Assembly (NCBI GenBank): GCA_937877715.1
Contig: CALEHW010000066.1
Coordinates: 968 to 64,967 of the forward strand
From: an uncultured Methylophaga sp.
GTDB taxonomy: Bacteria; Pseudomonadota; Gammaproteobacteria; GCF-002020875
DNA: 64,000 nt
Direction: 5' to 3'
Made by a program: the position numbers and the translations under genes. Positions within the stretch are counted from its first letter, which is position 1. The number at the start of each line of letters is the position of its first letter. The notes below the pieces were generated by a model. That model worked only from the letters and a program-made list of their open reading frames with translations, was not told the DNA's origin and searched no databases. This document shows, piece after piece, positions 30,361 through 45,529 of the stretch.

Positions 30361-31064
30361 TGCGTTTCGACATTGTCACCCTGTTCCCGGATATGCTGCA
30401 GGCAGTTACCAATTATGGTGTAACCGGTCGTGCTGTGGATCGAGGTCTGATGGAGCTCCGCTGCTGGAATCCCAGAGACTATACGGAGGATCGGCATCGT
30501 ACAGTAGATGACCGACCTTATGGCGGGGGTCCTGGTATGGTCATGTTGTATGAGCCGCTGAAGCAGGCCATTCAGCAGGCCCGCAACAGTCAGATTGAGC
30601 AGGGGATAGAGCCACACTTGATCTACCTCTCACCACAGGGAGAGCCACTCACCCAGAGTAGGGCGGAACAGTTGAGCAAGATGGAAGGGGTGATGCTGCT
30701 CGCAGGGCGTTATGAGGGGGTGGATGAGCGGCTGATAGAGTCCGAGGTGGATGAGGAGATCTCGGTTGGGGACTATGTTGTCAGTGGCGGTGAACTACCG
30801 GCCATGATCCTGATGGATGCGGTAATTCGTCTGCTACCGGGGGCATTGGGGCATGCCGACTCTGCGGCAGAGGACTCCTTCTCCAGTGGTCTTCTGGATT
30901 GCCCCCACTACAGTCGCCCGGAGGTGGTAGATGGCAGGGCGGTACCGGAGGTTCTGCTCAGCGGAAATCATCAGTTTATTGCGCGCTGGAGAAGGGAGCA
31001 GGCTGAATTGCGTACAGAGGAGCGCAGACCTGATCTGGTTAAAAAAAAGAGTAGAGAAAAATAG
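30360..31064 (+). CDS. trmD: tRNA m1G37 methyltransferase
   Basis: [31 protein letters not shown]. Confidence 0.98.
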   Translation: MRFDIVTLFPDMLQAVTNYGVTGRAVDRGLMELRCWNPRDYTEDRHRTVDDRPYGGGPGMVMLYEPLKQAIQQARNSQIEQGIEPHLIYLSPQGEPLTQSRAEQLSKMEGVMLLAGRYEGVDERLIESEVDEEISVGDYVVSGGELPAMILMDAVIRLLPGALGHADSAAEDSFSSGLLDCPHYSRPEVVDGRAVPEVLLSGNHQFIARWRREQAELRTEERRPDLVKKKSREK

Positions 31065-31178
31065 TTGGTTACAACCATTTTTATGGTGAAAAAATCTGAG
31101 AAAACAGTATAATTCGCCGCTTCAAAACTCGTGCGCAGTTTAATGGTGTCGAGAGAGGCGATCAGAGAGATTAAAGAG

Positions 31179-31523
31179 ATGAGCAATATTATTCAAGAGT
31201 TGGAAGCAGAGCAAATGGGCCGCGAAATACCTGAATTCAATCCGGGTGATACCCTGGTCGTTCAGGTAAAGGTAAAAGAGGGCGATCGTGAGCGTCTACA
31301 GGCTTTTGAGGGGCTCTGTATCGCGAAGAAAAATCGCGGTCTGAATTCATCATTTACTGTCCGTAAAATGTCTTACGGAGAGGGTGTTGAACGTGTTTTC
31401 CAGACCTACAGTCCGCTGGTTGACAGTATTGCAGTCAAGCGTCATGGTGTGGTGCGTCAGGCTAAGCTCTATTACATGCGAGAGCGTACAGGAAAGGCGG
31501 CACGTATCAGAGAGAAGATATAG
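31179..31523 (+). CDS. rplS: 50S ribosomal protein L19
   Basis: [24 protein letters not shown]; a separate TATAAT candidate at 31108-31113. Confidence 0.98.
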   Translation: MSNIIQELEAEQMGREIPEFNPGDTLVVQVKVKEGDRERLQAFEGLCIAKKNRGLNSSFTVRKMSYGEGVERVFQTYSPLVDSIAVKRHGVVRQAKLYYMRERTGKAARIREKI

Positions 31524-31558
31524 TCTCCTGCTGGTGTCAGTTAAGGTCACCAAAGCAG

Positions 31559-31591
31559 AAAAAGCGAATCATTTGATGATTCGCTTTTTTT
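31559..31591 (+). terminator. rho-independent (possibly bidirectional) terminator after rplS
   Basis: AAAAAGCGAATCAT-TTG-ATGATTCGCTTTTTTT. Confidence 0.9.
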
Positions 31592-31608
31592 ATGGGTAAC
31601 TGAAAACG

Positions 31609-32505
31609 GTGAAGAGAGATGGTGATCAGGTTGAGCATTTTCTGGATTCCCTCTGGATGGAGCATGGCCTGAGTGAGAACACGCTGACTGCATATAGAAG
31701 TGATCTCAATCAGTATGCTCTCTGGCTGGAGGGGCAATCAGACTCTGGTATTGTCGAGGCTACTCGTGGGGTTTTGCTTAAGTATCTCTCTTACCTTACG
31801 GCAGAGGGTAGACATGCGCGAACCCTAGCAAGGGTATTGAGTTCGCTGCGCCGCTTCTACCGCTATCTGTTGAGCCAGGAGATTCGTGGAGATGATCCCA
31901 CCGTAGAGATAGACTCTCCTCGGGTGGGCCGCACTCTGCCGGCAACTCTGACTGAGCAGGATGTAGAGGCAATACTGGGAGCCGCTGTTGTAGAGACCCC
32001 CATAGGGTTAAGAGATCGTGCGATGATCGAAATGATGTACGGTGGGGGGTTCAGAGTTTCCGAGTTGGTAGAGCTGCGTATGGATGGGCTCAATCTGCGG
32101 CAGGGGGTGGTGAGGGTTGTCGGCAAGGGGAGAAAGGAGCGGTTGGTTCCATTGGGGGGTGAGGCGTTGCAGTGGACAGAACGTTATCTGCAGGATGGGC
32201 GTCCCGAGTTGATGCGGGGACGCCTCTCGGATACTCTCTTTGTAACCGCAAGAGGGGATGGAATGAGCCGGCAGGCGTTCTGGTTCCGGCTCAGAAAATA
32301 TGGCAGAGAGTCGGGTGTGTCGACCCACTTCTCCCCCCACACTCTACGCCATGCATTTGCTACCCACCTGCTTAACCACGGAGCAGATTTGCGTTCGGTT
32401 CAACTGCTATTGGGCCATAGCGATCTCTCCACCACTCAGATCTACATTCACGTAGCTCGGGAGAGGTTGAAGAGTATACATAAGGAACATCACCCAAGAG
32501 GTTAA
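31609..32505 (+). CDS. xerD: site-specific tyrosine recombinase XerD
   Basis: RDRAM, RVSEL, GKGRKERLVP, SPHTLRHAFATHLLNHGADLR, HHPRG; adjacent to dsbC. Confidence 0.96.
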   Translation: MKRDGDQVEHFLDSLWMEHGLSENTLTAYRSDLNQYALWLEGQSDSGIVEATRGVLLKYLSYLTAEGRHARTLARVLSSLRRFYRYLLSQEIRGDDPTVEIDSPRVGRTLPATLTEQDVEAILGAAVVETPIGLRDRAMIEMMYGGGFRVSELVELRMDGLNLRQGVVRVVGKGRKERLVPLGGEALQWTERYLQDGRPELMRGRLSDTLFVTARGDGMSRQAFWFRLRKYGRESGVSTHFSPHTLRHAFATHLLNHGADLRSVQLLLGHSDLSTTQIYIHVARERLKSIHKEHHPRG

Positions 32506-32512
32506 TAATAAA

Positions 32513-33241
32513 ATGAAAAATAGATTAGAAATAAAAACATATTTAGCCCAGTTCATGCTCTTGCTTATCGCCTCTCTGCCGCTCCGTGCAGAGACAGAGA
32601 TTCCTCAAGCTGTGGTTGATCAGCTCCAGGCCATGTTGCCAGGAAATAGCCTTAGTGAGCTTCGTACAACTCCGATTCCAGGTATCTATGAGGCCCGCTA
32701 TGGCGCCACGATTCTCTATCTATCTGCAGATGGACGCTATCTGATTGATGGGGAGATCCTAGATCTGCGGAGTAAAGAGAATCTGACCGACAGCCGTATA
32801 GCAGCTGCGCGTGTAGAGATCCTGAATGGGTTGGATGAGTCAGAGATGGTTGTATATGCACCGGAGGAGGCCAGACTGATCCTGACCATCTTCACTGATA
32901 TTGATTGTCCCTACTGTGTCCGCCTCCATGAGGAGAGAGAGGCACTGCTTGATGCAGGGATCAAGTTGCGATATCTGCTCTATCCACGTGCAGGGTTCAA
33001 TTCTCCGTCCTACGACAAGGCGGTAACGGTTTGGTGTTCCGAGGATCGAGCCGTTGCAATGACGCAAGCGAAGGCAGGAGAGGTGCTCGACAGTATAAGT
33101 TGCGAGAATCCGGTTATGTCACAGATGCGCCTGGCTTCCTCATTTGGCCTCAAGGGAACCCCTCATATAGTGGTTGATAATGGAGAGGTGATCAGTGGCT
33201 ATATGCCAGCCGCCAATCTGATCAACAAACTCGGATTATAG
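32513..33241 (+). CDS. dsbC: thiol:disulfide isomerase DsbC
   Basis: Signal peptide, dimerisation domain, [15 protein letters not shown]. Confidence 0.9.
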   Translation: MKNRLEIKTYLAQFMLLLIASLPLRAETEIPQAVVDQLQAMLPGNSLSELRTTPIPGIYEARYGATILYLSADGRYLIDGEILDLRSKENLTDSRIAAARVEILNGLDESEMVVYAPEEARLILTIFTDIDCPYCVRLHEEREALLDAGIKLRYLLYPRAGFNSPSYDKAVTVWCSEDRAVAMTQAKAGEVLDSISCENPVMSQMRLASSFGLKGTPHIVVDNGEVISGYMPAANLINKLGL

Positions 33242-35833
33242 CTCTTTTTTAAGTTGGTAGAGCGCCTCCAGCGCCTCGCGTGGGGTCAATTCATCAGGAT
33301 TAATCTTGCTGAGTGACTCATCAATGGCGGAATGGCTGAAGAGAGACATCTGCAGAGCTGCATCTACGCTCACATCTGCAGATCCGGATGGAGGTGATTC
33401 CGTCTGCCCCTGCTCCAGCTCAACCAGCTTCTGTCGTGCCTGACTTATAACCTGTCTGGGAATTCCGGCAAGGCTGGCCACCTGCAGCCCGTAGCTCTGA
33501 TTGGCCGGGCCTGGACGTACAGCATGAAGAAATACAATTCCGTCCCCATGTTCGACAGCGTCAAGGTGGACATTCTCTACCTGTGCCACCCTCTCCGGCA
33601 TTGCAGTCAGCTCAAAATAGTGAGTTGCAAAGAGGGTAAGTGCACCTCGTTCACGGATTAGATGTTCGGCACAGGCGCCAGCCAGGGAGAGGCCATCATA
33701 GGTGCTGGTGCCACGACCAATCTCATCCATCAATACCAGGCTGCGATAGCTAGCATTGTGCAGAATATTTGCAGTCTCGGTCATCTCCACCATAAAGGTA
33801 GAGCGTCCACCGGCCAGATCATCCGAGGCCCCGATGCGGGTAAAAATCCGGTCAACCATACCGATGGTGGCGGCTGAGGCAGGGACGAAGCTGCCAATAT
33901 GGGCAAGTAGCACAATCAGTGCATTCTGGCGCATGAAGGTGCTTTTGCCCCCCATGTTGGGGCCGGTAATGATCCACATCCTAGTTGACTCATCGAGGCT
34001 GAGATCGTTGGCGACAAACGGCTTATCGGATACCTGTTCCACTACCGGGTGTCTGCCACCGGTAATCTCTAGGATGCTCTTATCGACCAGCTGTGGACGC
34101 ACCCAGTCCAGCTGTTCCGCCCGCTGAGCGAGATTGGTAATCACGTCCAGCTCAGCCACCCCTGCAGCACACAGTTGTAGTGGTGGAAGCTCAGTGATCA
34201 GCTGTTGAATCAGCTCCTCATAAAGCCTCTTTTCGCGCCCCAGGGCCCTCTCATTAGCTGAGAGCACCTTGTCCTCAAAACTCTTCAGTTCCGGTGTGAT
34301 AAAACGTTCGGCCGCCTTCAGGGTCTGACGGCGTACATATTCGACTGGAATCTCCCCGTTTTGCGCCTTGCCAATCTCTATGTAGTAACCATGTACCCGG
34401 TTATATCCCACCTTGAGGGTGGCGATACCGGTTCTCTTTCGCTCCCTCTGCTCCAGCTGCTGTAGCAATTCACCGGCATTGCTGCGGATCGAACGCAGCT
34501 CATCGAGCTTAGAATCATACCCCTCCGCGATCACCCCCCCATCGCGAATGGTCATTGGCGGGTTCTCTATAATGGCCCGCTGCAGAAGCTCTGCGGTCTC
34601 CGGAAAGGTGGAGATTCTCCGGGCCAAGTCACTTAGTGACCCGGTTCTCTCCTCAGCAAGCTCTCGCTGCAGTGGCGGCAGTATCGCCAGGGAGTCTCGC
34701 AGACGGGTGAGGTCACGGGGGCGTGCGCTCTGCAGGGCGATACGGGAGAGAATGCGCTCCATATCCCCAACTGCGCGTAGCAGTGGGCGTACCGTATCGT
34801 GGAGGCGCTGTTCCAGGGTTGACTCTATGGAGAAGAGGCGCTGCTCGAGCGTGGCTTGATTACGGATCGGGTTGCCCAGCCAGCGCCGGATCATCCGTCC
34901 ACCCATCGCGGTACAAGTGTGGTCCACCACCTCTGCCACCGTATTGCTCTCACCACCGGAGAGGTTGCACAGGATCTCCAGATTTTTGCGGCTGGCAGCA
35001 TCGATGGTGACACTCTCATCCTGCTGCACCACCTGAATGCTGTTGATATGTGGCAGGGCGGAGCGTTGAGTGTGTTGCAGATACTGCAACAGGGCCCCTG
35101 CTGCGCCCAGTCCGATGGTCAGGCCGTCACAGCCAAAACCGGAGAGATCCTGGGTACCAAACTGCCTGGCCAGTTCACGTCCTGCACTCTCGACATCAAA
35201 GTTCCACTCCGGCTGGGAGCGTAGCCCACTCCAGCTCTCCATTGTGGTACGCAGTGGCGACTCCTCGGGCAGCAGGATTTCGGATGGCTGCAGCCGCTCC
35301 AGCTCTCCCAGCACCCTCTGCTGATCCGTGATCTCCATGATCTGAAAACGTCCCGCAGCCAGAGAGAGCAGGGCAATCCCGTATTGTGGCTCCCGCTCGT
35401 CCGGGGTCAGAGTGGCGGATGGTGCTGCTCGATCCAGGATGGCGAGCAGCAGGCTCTCGGAGTGGTCATCCAGTAAGGCCTCATCGGTCAGGGTTCCAGG
35501 GGTGATGATACGGGCTACCTGTCGCTCAACCGGCCCCTTGCTCTTGGCTGGATCTCCCACCTGTTCACAGATGGCAACAGACTCTCCCAGCCTCACCAGA
35601 CGGGCCAGATACTGCTCTGCGGCGTGGTATGGCACTCCAGCCATCGGAATCGGATTGCCGGCGGATTTGCCGCGTGCGGTCAGGGTGATATCGAGTAGCT
35701 CGGCGGCCCGTTTGGCATCATCGAAAAAGAGCTCGTAGAAATCCCCCATACGGTAGAACAGCAGCGAGTCCGGATGATCCGCCTTGATGCGGAGAAATTG
35801 CTGCATGACCGGGGTATGATTGCTGTTACTCAT
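33236..35833 (-). CDS. mutS: DNA mismatch repair protein MutS
   Basis: [40 protein letters not shown]. Confidence 0.98.
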   Translation of the reverse strand: MSNSNHTPVMQQFLRIKADHPDSLLFYRMGDFYELFFDDAKRAAELLDITLTARGKSAGNPIPMAGVPYHAAEQYLARLVRLGESVAICEQVGDPAKSKGPVERQVARIITPGTLTDEALLDDHSESLLLAILDRAAPSATLTPDEREPQYGIALLSLAAGRFQIMEITDQQRVLGELERLQPSEILLPEESPLRTTMESWSGLRSQPEWNFDVESAGRELARQFGTQDLSGFGCDGLTIGLGAAGALLQYLQHTQRSALPHINSIQVVQQDESVTIDAASRKNLEILCNLSGGESNTVAEVVDHTCTAMGGRMIRRWLGNPIRNQATLEQRLFSIESTLEQRLHDTVRPLLRAVGDMERILSRIALQSARPRDLTRLRDSLAILPPLQRELAEERTGSLSDLARRISTFPETAELLQRAIIENPPMTIRDGGVIAEGYDSKLDELRSIRSNAGELLQQLEQRERKRTGIATLKVGYNRVHGYYIEIGKAQNGEIPVEYVRRQTLKAAERFITPELKSFEDKVLSANERALGREKRLYEELIQQLITELPPLQLCAAGVAELDVITNLAQRAEQLDWVRPQLVDKSILEITGGRHPVVEQVSDKPFVANDLSLDESTRMWIITGPNMGGKSTFMRQNALIVLLAHIGSFVPASAATIGMVDRIFTRIGASDDLAGGRSTFMVEMTETANILHNASYRSLVLMDEIGRGTSTYDGLSLAGACAEHLIRERGALTLFATHYFELTAMPERVAQVENVHLDAVEHGDGIVFLHAVRPGPANQSYGLQVASLAGIPRQVISQARQKLVELEQGQTESPPSGSADVSVDAALQMSLFSHSAIDESLSKINPDELTPREALEALYQLKKEL

Positions 35834-35861
35834 AAGGTCAGGAAGTTTACCGGAAAAGAGG

Positions 35862-36359
35862 ATGCAGTACGAAATCGAGAAGGCGGTGCAGTGGTTATCA
35901 GACCAGTTACAGGAGAGGGGGTGGAGAGTGGCCACCGCAGAATCCTGTACCGCGGGGTGGATCGCCAAGGCGTTGACCGATCCTGCCGGGAGTACAGCCT
36001 GGTTCGAGCGAGGGTTTGTGAGCTACTCAAACGAATCAAAGGTGGAAATGCTGGGGGTCTCCGAGCAGACAATTCAGCAATATGGCGCAGTAAGTGAGGA
36101 GACAGTCAGGGAGATGGTCACTGGTGCCCTGGCTCGTAGCCACGCAGAGGTTACCTTGGCCGTCAGCGGTATAGCCGGGCCATCTGGCGGCAGTGCGGAG
36201 AAGCCGGTTGGACTGGTCTGGTTTGGCTGGCAGTGTGGCGGCCAAGAGCCCCATTGCGAGCAACATATCCTGGATGGGGATCGTGCCGCAGTGCGCGGGC
36301 AGACGGTTCTGCTTGCGGTGGAGGGGCTCTCCAAATTTCTCCGCGGAGATTCCACCTGA
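35862..36359 (+). CDS. pncC: CinA C-terminal family / NMN deamidase
   Basis: [23 protein letters not shown]; upstream of recA. Confidence 0.85.
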   Translation: MQYEIEKAVQWLSDQLQERGWRVATAESCTAGWIAKALTDPAGSTAWFERGFVSYSNESKVEMLGVSEQTIQQYGAVSEETVREMVTGALARSHAEVTLAVSGIAGPSGGSAEKPVGLVWFGWQCGGQEPHCEQHILDGDRAAVRGQTVLLAVEGLSKFLRGDST

Positions 36360-36481
36360 GCGGATAGACCAAGAGCAGCGGGGCAGGAGCAGAACCAAAA
36401 CCGGTTGGGTGGGATTCCTCTTTGTGGGATAATTCCGGGTTCTTTTAGCAGTTTTAGCAGTTTGATCAATACCAATTCAAG

Positions 36482-37546
36482 ATGAGCGAGAATCGACAGA
36501 GAGCACTGCAGGCGGCACTGAGCCAGATCGAACGTCAGTTCGGCAAGGGCTCTGTGATGCGGATGGGAGACGACGCTGCACGGCGTGATATCGATACCGT
36601 CTCCACTGGATCTCTGGGTCTTGATATTGCACTGGGGATAGGGGGACTCCCCAGAGGTCGGGTGGTAGAGATCTACGGCCCGGAATCCTCTGGCAAGACC
36701 ACCCTCACCCTCCATGCAGTGGCAGAGATGCAGAAACTTGGTGGTACCGCCGCTTTTGTTGATGCCGAACACGCACTCGACCCCAGCTACGCCGCCAAGG
36801 TGGGGGTTGATATAGATAACCTTCTCATCTCCCAGCCCGATACCGGAGAGCAGGCCCTGGAGATAACCGATATGCTGGTACGCTCAGGAGCTGTAGACAT
36901 CATCGTCATAGACTCAGTAGCAGCACTCACCCCCAAGGCAGAACTTGAGGGAGATATGGGAGACCATCACGTAGGGCTCCAGGCCAGACTCATGTCTCAG
37001 GCCCTGAGAAAACTCACCTCCAACATCCAGCGCTCCAATACCCTGGTTATCTTCATCAACCAGATCAGGATGAAGATCGGAGTGATGTTTGGCAATCCCG
37101 AGACCACTACTGGTGGTAACGCCCTCAAATTTTACTCCTCGGTACGTCTCGATATTCGCCGTATTGGAGCCATCAAGAAAGGTGATGAGATCCTCGGTAA
37201 TGACACCCGGGTCAAGGTGGTAAAGAACAAGGTAGCCCCTCCCTTTAAACAGGTCACCTTCGATATCCTCTACGGAGAGGGGATCTCCAGAGAGGGGGAG
37301 ATAATCGATCTTGGCGTACAACAGGGGATCATGCAGAAATCTGGAGCTTGGTACAGCTACGGTAGTGAGAGAATAGGTCAGGGCAAGGACAAGGTGAGAC
37401 AATTTCTCAAGGACAATCCCAAGATAGCACAGGAGATTGAGCAGCAGATACGAGAACAGCTGTTGCCGGAGCGGTCAGGTGGAGTGGCAACAGGTTCGGA
37501 TAAAGATAGTTCAGTTCAACTGGCACCGTTGGAAAGTGGAGGCTAG
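36482..37546 (+). CDS. recA: recombinase RecA
   Basis: [30 protein letters not shown]; no intein. Confidence 0.99.
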   Translation: MSENRQRALQAALSQIERQFGKGSVMRMGDDAARRDIDTVSTGSLGLDIALGIGGLPRGRVVEIYGPESSGKTTLTLHAVAEMQKLGGTAAFVDAEHALDPSYAAKVGVDIDNLLISQPDTGEQALEITDMLVRSGAVDIIVIDSVAALTPKAELEGDMGDHHVGLQARLMSQALRKLTSNIQRSNTLVIFINQIRMKIGVMFGNPETTTGGNALKFYSSVRLDIRRIGAIKKGDEILGNDTRVKVVKNKVAPPFKQVTFDILYGEGISREGEIIDLGVQQGIMQKSGAWYSYGSERIGQGKDKVRQFLKDNPKIAQEIEQQIREQLLPERSGGVATGSDKDSSVQLAPLESGG

Positions 37547-38003
37547 AGATAGCTCCCATGCGCGTGACCAGGCCCTGCGTCTGCTGGCACGGAGAGAACA
37601 CTCGATACTTGAGTTGAGGCGCAAGCTGGTCGGCAGGGGTTATGGGGAGGAGATAGTTACCCCCCTGCTGAGTGAGCTGGTTGAGGAGGGAGTGCTGAGT
37701 GAGGAGCGCTTCGCTGAAAGTTATGTGCGCTCACGAGTTGGCCAGGGGTTGGGGCCATACCGTATAGAGCGGGAGCTACAGGAGCGAGGAGTTTCAGATG
37801 GCAAGATTGAGTCAGCCATGGCACCCTACGCAGATGGATGGAATAGTACTGCAGTGGCGGTCAGGGAGAAAAAATTTGGTACGGGAAGAATTGATGGTTT
37901 CACTGAACGGGCACGGCAACAGCGCTTTCTGCAGTACCGGGGATTTACCCATGAGCAGATTCGGGCTGCAATCGAACGCAGTGGTTCAGAGAGACAACAG
38001 TAG
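37536..38003 (+). CDS. recX: regulatory protein RecX
   Basis: [30 protein letters not shown]; GTG start overlaps recA end. Confidence 0.93.
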   Translation: MEARDSSHARDQALRLLARREHSILELRRKLVGRGYGEEIVTPLLSELVEEGVLSEERFAESYVRSRVGQGLGPYRIERELQERGVSDGKIESAMAPYADGWNSTAVAVREKKFGTGRIDGFTERARQQRFLQYRGFTHEQIRAAIERSGSERQQ

Positions 38004-38039
38004 TAGTGATGTGTAACAGAGAGAGCAAGATAGCAAGTA

Positions 38040-40642
<2,603 letters not shown>

Positions 40643-40643
<1 letters not shown>

Positions 40644-41872
40644 TGGCACTTATAGTACAGAAATATGGTGGCACCTCTGTTGGTAGCGTTAAACGAATTG
40701 AAGCGGTGGCGGACAAGGTCAAGGAATGGCATGATCGTGGCAACCAGATGGTTGTCGTAGTCTCTGCTATGAGTGGTGAAACCAATCGGATTGTATCTCT
40801 AGCGAAGGAGATCGACCCCAGCCCGACTCCACGTGAACTGGATGTAGCGATGGCAACCGGAGAGCAGGTGACCATTGCCCTGTTGACAATTGCGCTGGAG
40901 AAGAGAGGGGTGCCGGCCCGCTCCTATACCGGTCCACAGGTACAGATTCTTACCGACAGCTCCCACAACAAGGCACGCATTCTCGATATTGATGCGCGAC
41001 GAGTACGTGATGATCTGGATAAAGGGCATGTTATCGTGGTTGCCGGCTTTCAGGGGACAGATGAGAATGGAAATATAACCACCCTGGGGAGAGGCGGCTC
41101 CGACACCTCTGCGGTTGCAATAGCCGCCGCAATCAATGCTGACGAGTGCCAGATCTACACAGATGTGGATGGTGTCTATACCACTGACCCCCGCGTCGTC
41201 CCCAATGCGCGGCGCATGGATCGCATCACATTTGAGGAGATGCTAGAGATGGCCAGCCTTGGCTCCAAGGTGCTACAGATCCGTGCCGTGGAGTTTGCCG
41301 GAAAATATAATGTCCCCCTTCGGGTGCTCTCCAGTTTTGAGGATGGCTCCGGAACACTGATTACATTTGAGGAAGAAGGAATGGAACAGCCAGTTATCTC
41401 AGGAATTGCCTTTCAGCGTGATGAAGCCAAATTGACGGTACGTGGTGTACCCGATGAGCCAGGAGTAGCCAGCAAGATTCTGGTTGCAATTGCGGACAAG
41501 AATATCGAGATTGACATGATTGTGCAGAATATCGCCAATGATGGCACCACCGACTTCACATTTACAGTTCATCGCAATGATTACCAGCAGGCAATGGCTG
41601 CTCTGGAAAAGATAGGTGAGGAGCTGGGAGCCCGTGAGACCATTGGTGACCGACAAATTGTAAAGCTCTCGCTGGTAGGTGTGGGAATGCGATCTCATGC
41701 CGGTATCGCCAGCCAGATGTTTGAGGCACTGGCCAAAGAGGGGGTCAATATACAGATGATCTCCACCTCGGAGATCAAAATCTCGGTCATTATTGACGAG
41801 AAATACCTGGAGCTGGCGGTACGTGCGTTGCATAACTCATTTGAGCTTGATGCAGAACCGGCAGCCAACTGA
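40643..41872 (+). CDS. lysC: aspartate kinase
   Basis: VQKYGGTSVG, TTLGRGGSD, DVDGVYTTDP, two ACT domains. Confidence 0.95.
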
Positions 41873-41997
41873 TCCGGAGCCCCAACTTCACTAAAGGGTG
41901 AATTTCTAATGTTCTAGCAATTGTTTGATTGAGCGGTATACTCGACCCTGTCAACGGAATGGAGCCGTTGAGACGATAATAATAAATGGAGAGAGGG

Positions 41998-42183
41998 ATG
42001 CTGATACTGACAAGGCGAGTCGGAGAGACAGTGCGGATAGGGGATGATGTATCTATCACTGTATTGGGGGTAAAAGGCAATCAGGTGCGGGTTGGGATTG
42101 ATGCACCACGAGAGGTTGCGGTTCACCGTGAGGAGATCTACCAGAGAATCCTCGGTGAGGAAAATGGCAACGAAGAAGAGTAG
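41998..42183 (+). CDS. csrA: carbon storage regulator CsrA/RsmA
   Basis: [10 protein letters not shown]...[20 protein letters not shown]. Confidence 0.97.
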   Translation: MLILTRRVGETVRIGDDVSITVLGVKGNQVRVGIDAPREVAVHREEIYQRILGEENGNEEE

Positions 42184-42331
42184 CCATTGTAAAAAAACTG
42201 GATAAAACTGTAGCTGCCATCTTTACCTGCTGGCCGCGTAAAGGTATCCTTTGCGCCGTTCTTAAAGCAGAGCAGAGCTCCTGTCCGGGGCCTTCCTCTC
42301 TGTCCGCCGGGAACCCGTAAATTTTCTTAAT

Positions 42332-42424
42332 GGAGAAGTGGCCGAGAGGCTGAAGGCGCTCCCCTGCTAAGGGAGTATGGGGTTAATAGCTCCATCGAGG
42401 GTTCGAATCCCTCCTTCTCCGCCA
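42332..42424 (+). tRNA. tRNA-Ser (GCT)
   Basis: GGAGAAGTGGCCGAGAGGCTGAAGGCGCTCCCCTGCTAAGGGAG...GGTTCGAATCCCTCCTTCTCCGCCA; usual position after csrA. Confidence 0.97.
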
Positions 42425-42507
42425 TTATTTCCTGCCTCCAGTATGTTCAGTGCCTTCCGCTGTTTTCGGTATGGTGCTGAAATGGATTGCTCTGTAAGAT
42501 AGGCGGC

Positions 42508-43269
42508 ATGCAGAAACTAGCACCACTTCATCTGCTCGTTATGACATTCATTATCACACTGAATGCACCCCAGTCAGTGGCAGACGAGATACGCGTTGCG
42601 GTAGCAAGCAACTTTGCTGAGACAATCAAGGTGATTGCTCAGCGCTTTGAGGCGGAGAGCGGGCACACTGTAAAGCTGGTATTTGGTTCTACCGGAAAGC
42701 ACTATGCGCAGATCATGAATGGTGCTCCCTTTAATCTTTTTTTTGCCGCTGATGCGAGAAGGGTGAAACTTCTGGAGAAGGAGGGGGTGACTGTGTCAGG
42801 AAGCAGAGTTACCTACGCTATCGGCAGATTGGTTCTCTGGAGTCCGCTGGATGGTTATGTGGACCCAGAGGGGGAAATTATTGAGGATGGGGGATTCCGT
42901 TATCTGGCTATTGCCAACCCCAAGCTTGCACCATACGGCAAGGCAGCCCAGAAGGTCTTGCAGGGGCGTGGGTTATGGAGTGAATTGAGGGGCAGGATGG
43001 TGCGTGGGGAGAATATCGGGCAGACGTTTCAGTTTGTCAAAAGTGGCAATGTCGAGTTGGGTTTTGTGGCCTACTCCCAGGTGAAGCGTCCAGACTATCC
43101 TGTTGAGGGGGCGCTCTGGGAGGTTCCACAGCGACTCTATCCACCAATCATACAGCAGGCGGTGTTGCTGAAACGTGGCGACAGTAGTGCGGCGCGTGCT
43201 TTTTTCTCATTTGTGCAGGGTAGTGAGGCCCGGGAGATTATCGGTGAATTTGGGTATGGAGTACCATGA
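42508..43269 (+). CDS. modA: molybdate ABC transporter substrate-binding protein
   Basis: Signal peptide, [32 protein letters not shown]. Confidence 0.94.
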   Translation: MQKLAPLHLLVMTFIITLNAPQSVADEIRVAVASNFAETIKVIAQRFEAESGHTVKLVFGSTGKHYAQIMNGAPFNLFFAADARRVKLLEKEGVTVSGSRVTYAIGRLVLWSPLDGYVDPEGEIIEDGGFRYLAIANPKLAPYGKAAQKVLQGRGLWSELRGRMVRGENIGQTFQFVKSGNVELGFVAYSQVKRPDYPVEGALWEVPQRLYPPIIQQAVLLKRGDSSAARAFFSFVQGSEAREIIGEFGYGVP

Positions 43270-43949
43270 TGCTAGCTGAATCAGATATTGCAGCTATTGC
43301 CATTACCCTCAAATTGGCCGCTATCAGTACAGTGATCCTGCTGCTATTGGGGACACCGCTGGCTTGGTGGATGGCTCGTACCCGTTGGCGTTTCAAGGTT
43401 CTGCTGGAGGCGGTGGTTGCCTTGCCACTGGTGTTGCCGCCAACAGTTTTGGGGTTCTACCTGCTGGTCGCCCTTGGTCCTCATGGCCCGGTGGGCGGAT
43501 TGATGGAGTGGTTAGGTGGTCAGCCCCTGGCCTTCACCTTTGCCGGTCTGGTTGTCGGTTCGGTAATCTACTCCATGCCATTTGTGGTGCAACCACTGCA
43601 GAGCGCATTCAGTACAATTGGGCAGCGCCCTATGGAGGTGGCTGCAACTCTGCGCGCCTCACCTCTGGATCGGTTCCTCACTGTGGCCCTGCCCCTGGCT
43701 CGATCTGGTTTTTTGACTGCGGCGGTACTCGGATTTGCCCATACGGTAGGGGAGTTTGGTGTTGTACTGATGATTGGGGGCAATATACCAGGAGAGACTC
43801 AGGTGCTCTCCATAGCTATTTATGACCATGTTGAGGCGCTTGAGTATGGCCATGCTCACTGGTTGTCTGGCGCTCTGTTACTGCTCTCATTCCTGATGCT
43901 GGTTGCAGTCTACACCTTTAATCGTCGCTTCTCGGTGGTGAAGATATGA
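43266..43949 (+). CDS. modB: molybdate ABC transporter permease
   Basis: [32 protein letters not shown]. Confidence 0.96.
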   Translation: MMLAESDIAAIAITLKLAAISTVILLLLGTPLAWWMARTRWRFKVLLEAVVALPLVLPPTVLGFYLLVALGPHGPVGGLMEWLGGQPLAFTFAGLVVGSVIYSMPFVVQPLQSAFSTIGQRPMEVAATLRASPLDRFLTVALPLARSGFLTAAVLGFAHTVGEFGVVLMIGGNIPGETQVLSIAIYDHVEALEYGHAHWLSGALLLLSFLMLVAVYTFNRRFSVVKI

Positions 43950-45013
43950 CCATTGAGGGCCGCTTCAAGATCAATCGGGAGGAGTTTCTGCTCGATGTTG
44001 ATCTCGAAATTCCTGCACGTGGAGTTACCGCCCTGTTTGGCCCCTCGGGGTGTGGCAAGACTACACTGTTGCGGGCCATTGCCGGGCTGGAGCGAAGTGA
44101 TGACGGCTTTCTGCGAGTGGGGGATATGCTGTGGCAGGACGGTACAAACTTTGTCCCTCCCCACAAGCGCCAACTCGGTTATGTGTTTCAGGAGGCGAGC
44201 CTCTTTACCCATCTTAATGTACGACAGAATCTTGAGTACGGCATCAAACGGGTGCCGGCGGCAGAGCGTAAGGTCTCAATGGAGCGGGCTGTTGAGTTGT
44301 TGGGGATAGGGGAGCTACTGGAGCGCGCAACCGATGGTCTTTCTGGCGGGGAGAGGCAGCGGGTGGCAATTGCCAGGGCGTTGGCAATCAGCCCTAAAAT
44401 TCTGTTGATGGATGAACCGCTGTCGGCACTTGATATGGTACGCAAAAGAGAGATCATGCCCTATCTGGAGTCACTGCATGATGAGCTCGATATTCCACTG
44501 ATCTATGTGAGTCACTCACCTGATGAGGTTGCCCGTCTGGCAGACCATTTGGTGCTACTGGAGAATGGGCGGATTGGAGGTACTGGTGCGATTGGTGAGA
44601 TATTGACCAGGTTTGATCTCCCACTTGCCCACGGTGATGATGCGGCTGCACTTATAGAGGCCCGGGTGGCAAGTCACGATGCCCAATTTAACCTAACCTA
44701 TATAGATTTCCTAGGGGGCAGATTTACTGTGGCACACAGGGCATTGCCAATAGGTCACCCGGTGCGTCTGCGGGTTGCGGCACGTGATGTCAGCCTGACC
44801 CGGGAGCACCAATCTGGCACAAGTATCCTCAACATATTCCCGGTGGTTGTTGATGAAATCACTATTGAGGGGAATGCGCAGGTTATGGTCCGGTTGGTTA
44901 CAGAGGGGATTCCACTGCTCTCCCGTATCACCCGTAAATCGGCCGATCTGCTTGGTCTTGAACAGGGGAAATCGCTCTATGCACAGATCAAAAGCGTGGC
45001 CCTATTGTCATGA
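43946..45013 (+). CDS. modC: molybdate ABC transporter ATPase
   Basis: [21 protein letters not shown]/Mop C-terminus SILN..AQIKSV. Confidence 0.96.
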   Translation: MTIEGRFKINREEFLLDVDLEIPARGVTALFGPSGCGKTTLLRAIAGLERSDDGFLRVGDMLWQDGTNFVPPHKRQLGYVFQEASLFTHLNVRQNLEYGIKRVPAAERKVSMERAVELLGIGELLERATDGLSGGERQRVAIARALAISPKILLMDEPLSALDMVRKREIMPYLESLHDELDIPLIYVSHSPDEVARLADHLVLLENGRIGGTGAIGEILTRFDLPLAHGDDAAALIEARVASHDAQFNLTYIDFLGGRFTVAHRALPIGHPVRLRVAARDVSLTREHQSGTSILNIFPVVVDEITIEGNAQVMVRLVTEGIPLLSRITRKSADLLGLEQGKSLYAQIKSVALLS

Positions 45014-45026
45014 ACGGTACAACTAA

Positions 45027-45524
45027 ATGAAGCATGAAGAGAAGGTATCAATCCTGTTTGTCTGCATGGGAAATATCTGCAGATCACCCACAGCCCACGG
45101 CGTCTTCAGAAAGATGATTGATGATGAGGGGTTGAGTGAGCAGATCGGGATCGACTCAGCGGGCACCCACTCCTACCATGTTGGACATCCGCCCGATGAG
45201 AGGGCACAGCAGACTGCACAGCGCAGAGGTCTGGATATGAGCGATCTGCGTGCTCGCAAGGCGAAGGAGCGTGATTTTGACCGTTTTGATCTGGTACTGG
45301 CGATGGATCGTGACAACTACGCCATCCTCGAGTCATATACTACTTCGGCAACAGCAGAGAAGTTACGGCTGTTTATGGAATTTGCCCCCGACCACTGGCG
45401 CACCAGTGAGGTGCCAGACCCATATTATGGTGGCCCCAACGGTTTTGAGCAGGTGTTTGATATGGTAGAGGACGCCTCCCGCGGACTGATCCGCCATCTG
45501 CGGGAGCAGTATGGCCTTGAGTAG
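45027..45524 (+). CDS. low molecular weight protein-tyrosine phosphatase
   Basis: VCMGNICRSP, DSAGT, VPDPYYGG. Confidence 0.95.
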   Translation: MKHEEKVSILFVCMGNICRSPTAHGVFRKMIDDEGLSEQIGIDSAGTHSYHVGHPPDERAQQTAQRRGLDMSDLRARKAKERDFDRFDLVLAMDRDNYAILESYTTSATAEKLRLFMEFAPDHWRTSEVPDPYYGGPNGFEQVFDMVEDASRGLIRHLREQYGLE

Positions 45525-45529
45525 TTTTC

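Noticed and set aside
31609-32505. Tyrosine recombinase as a phage or island integrase
   Set aside because: Motifs and the rplS-xerD-dsbC context identify housekeeping XerD; no cargo or att sites seen.
21743-37546. Inteins or introns in dnaB or recA
   Set aside because: Both proteins have normal length (459 and 354 aa) and uninterrupted motifs.
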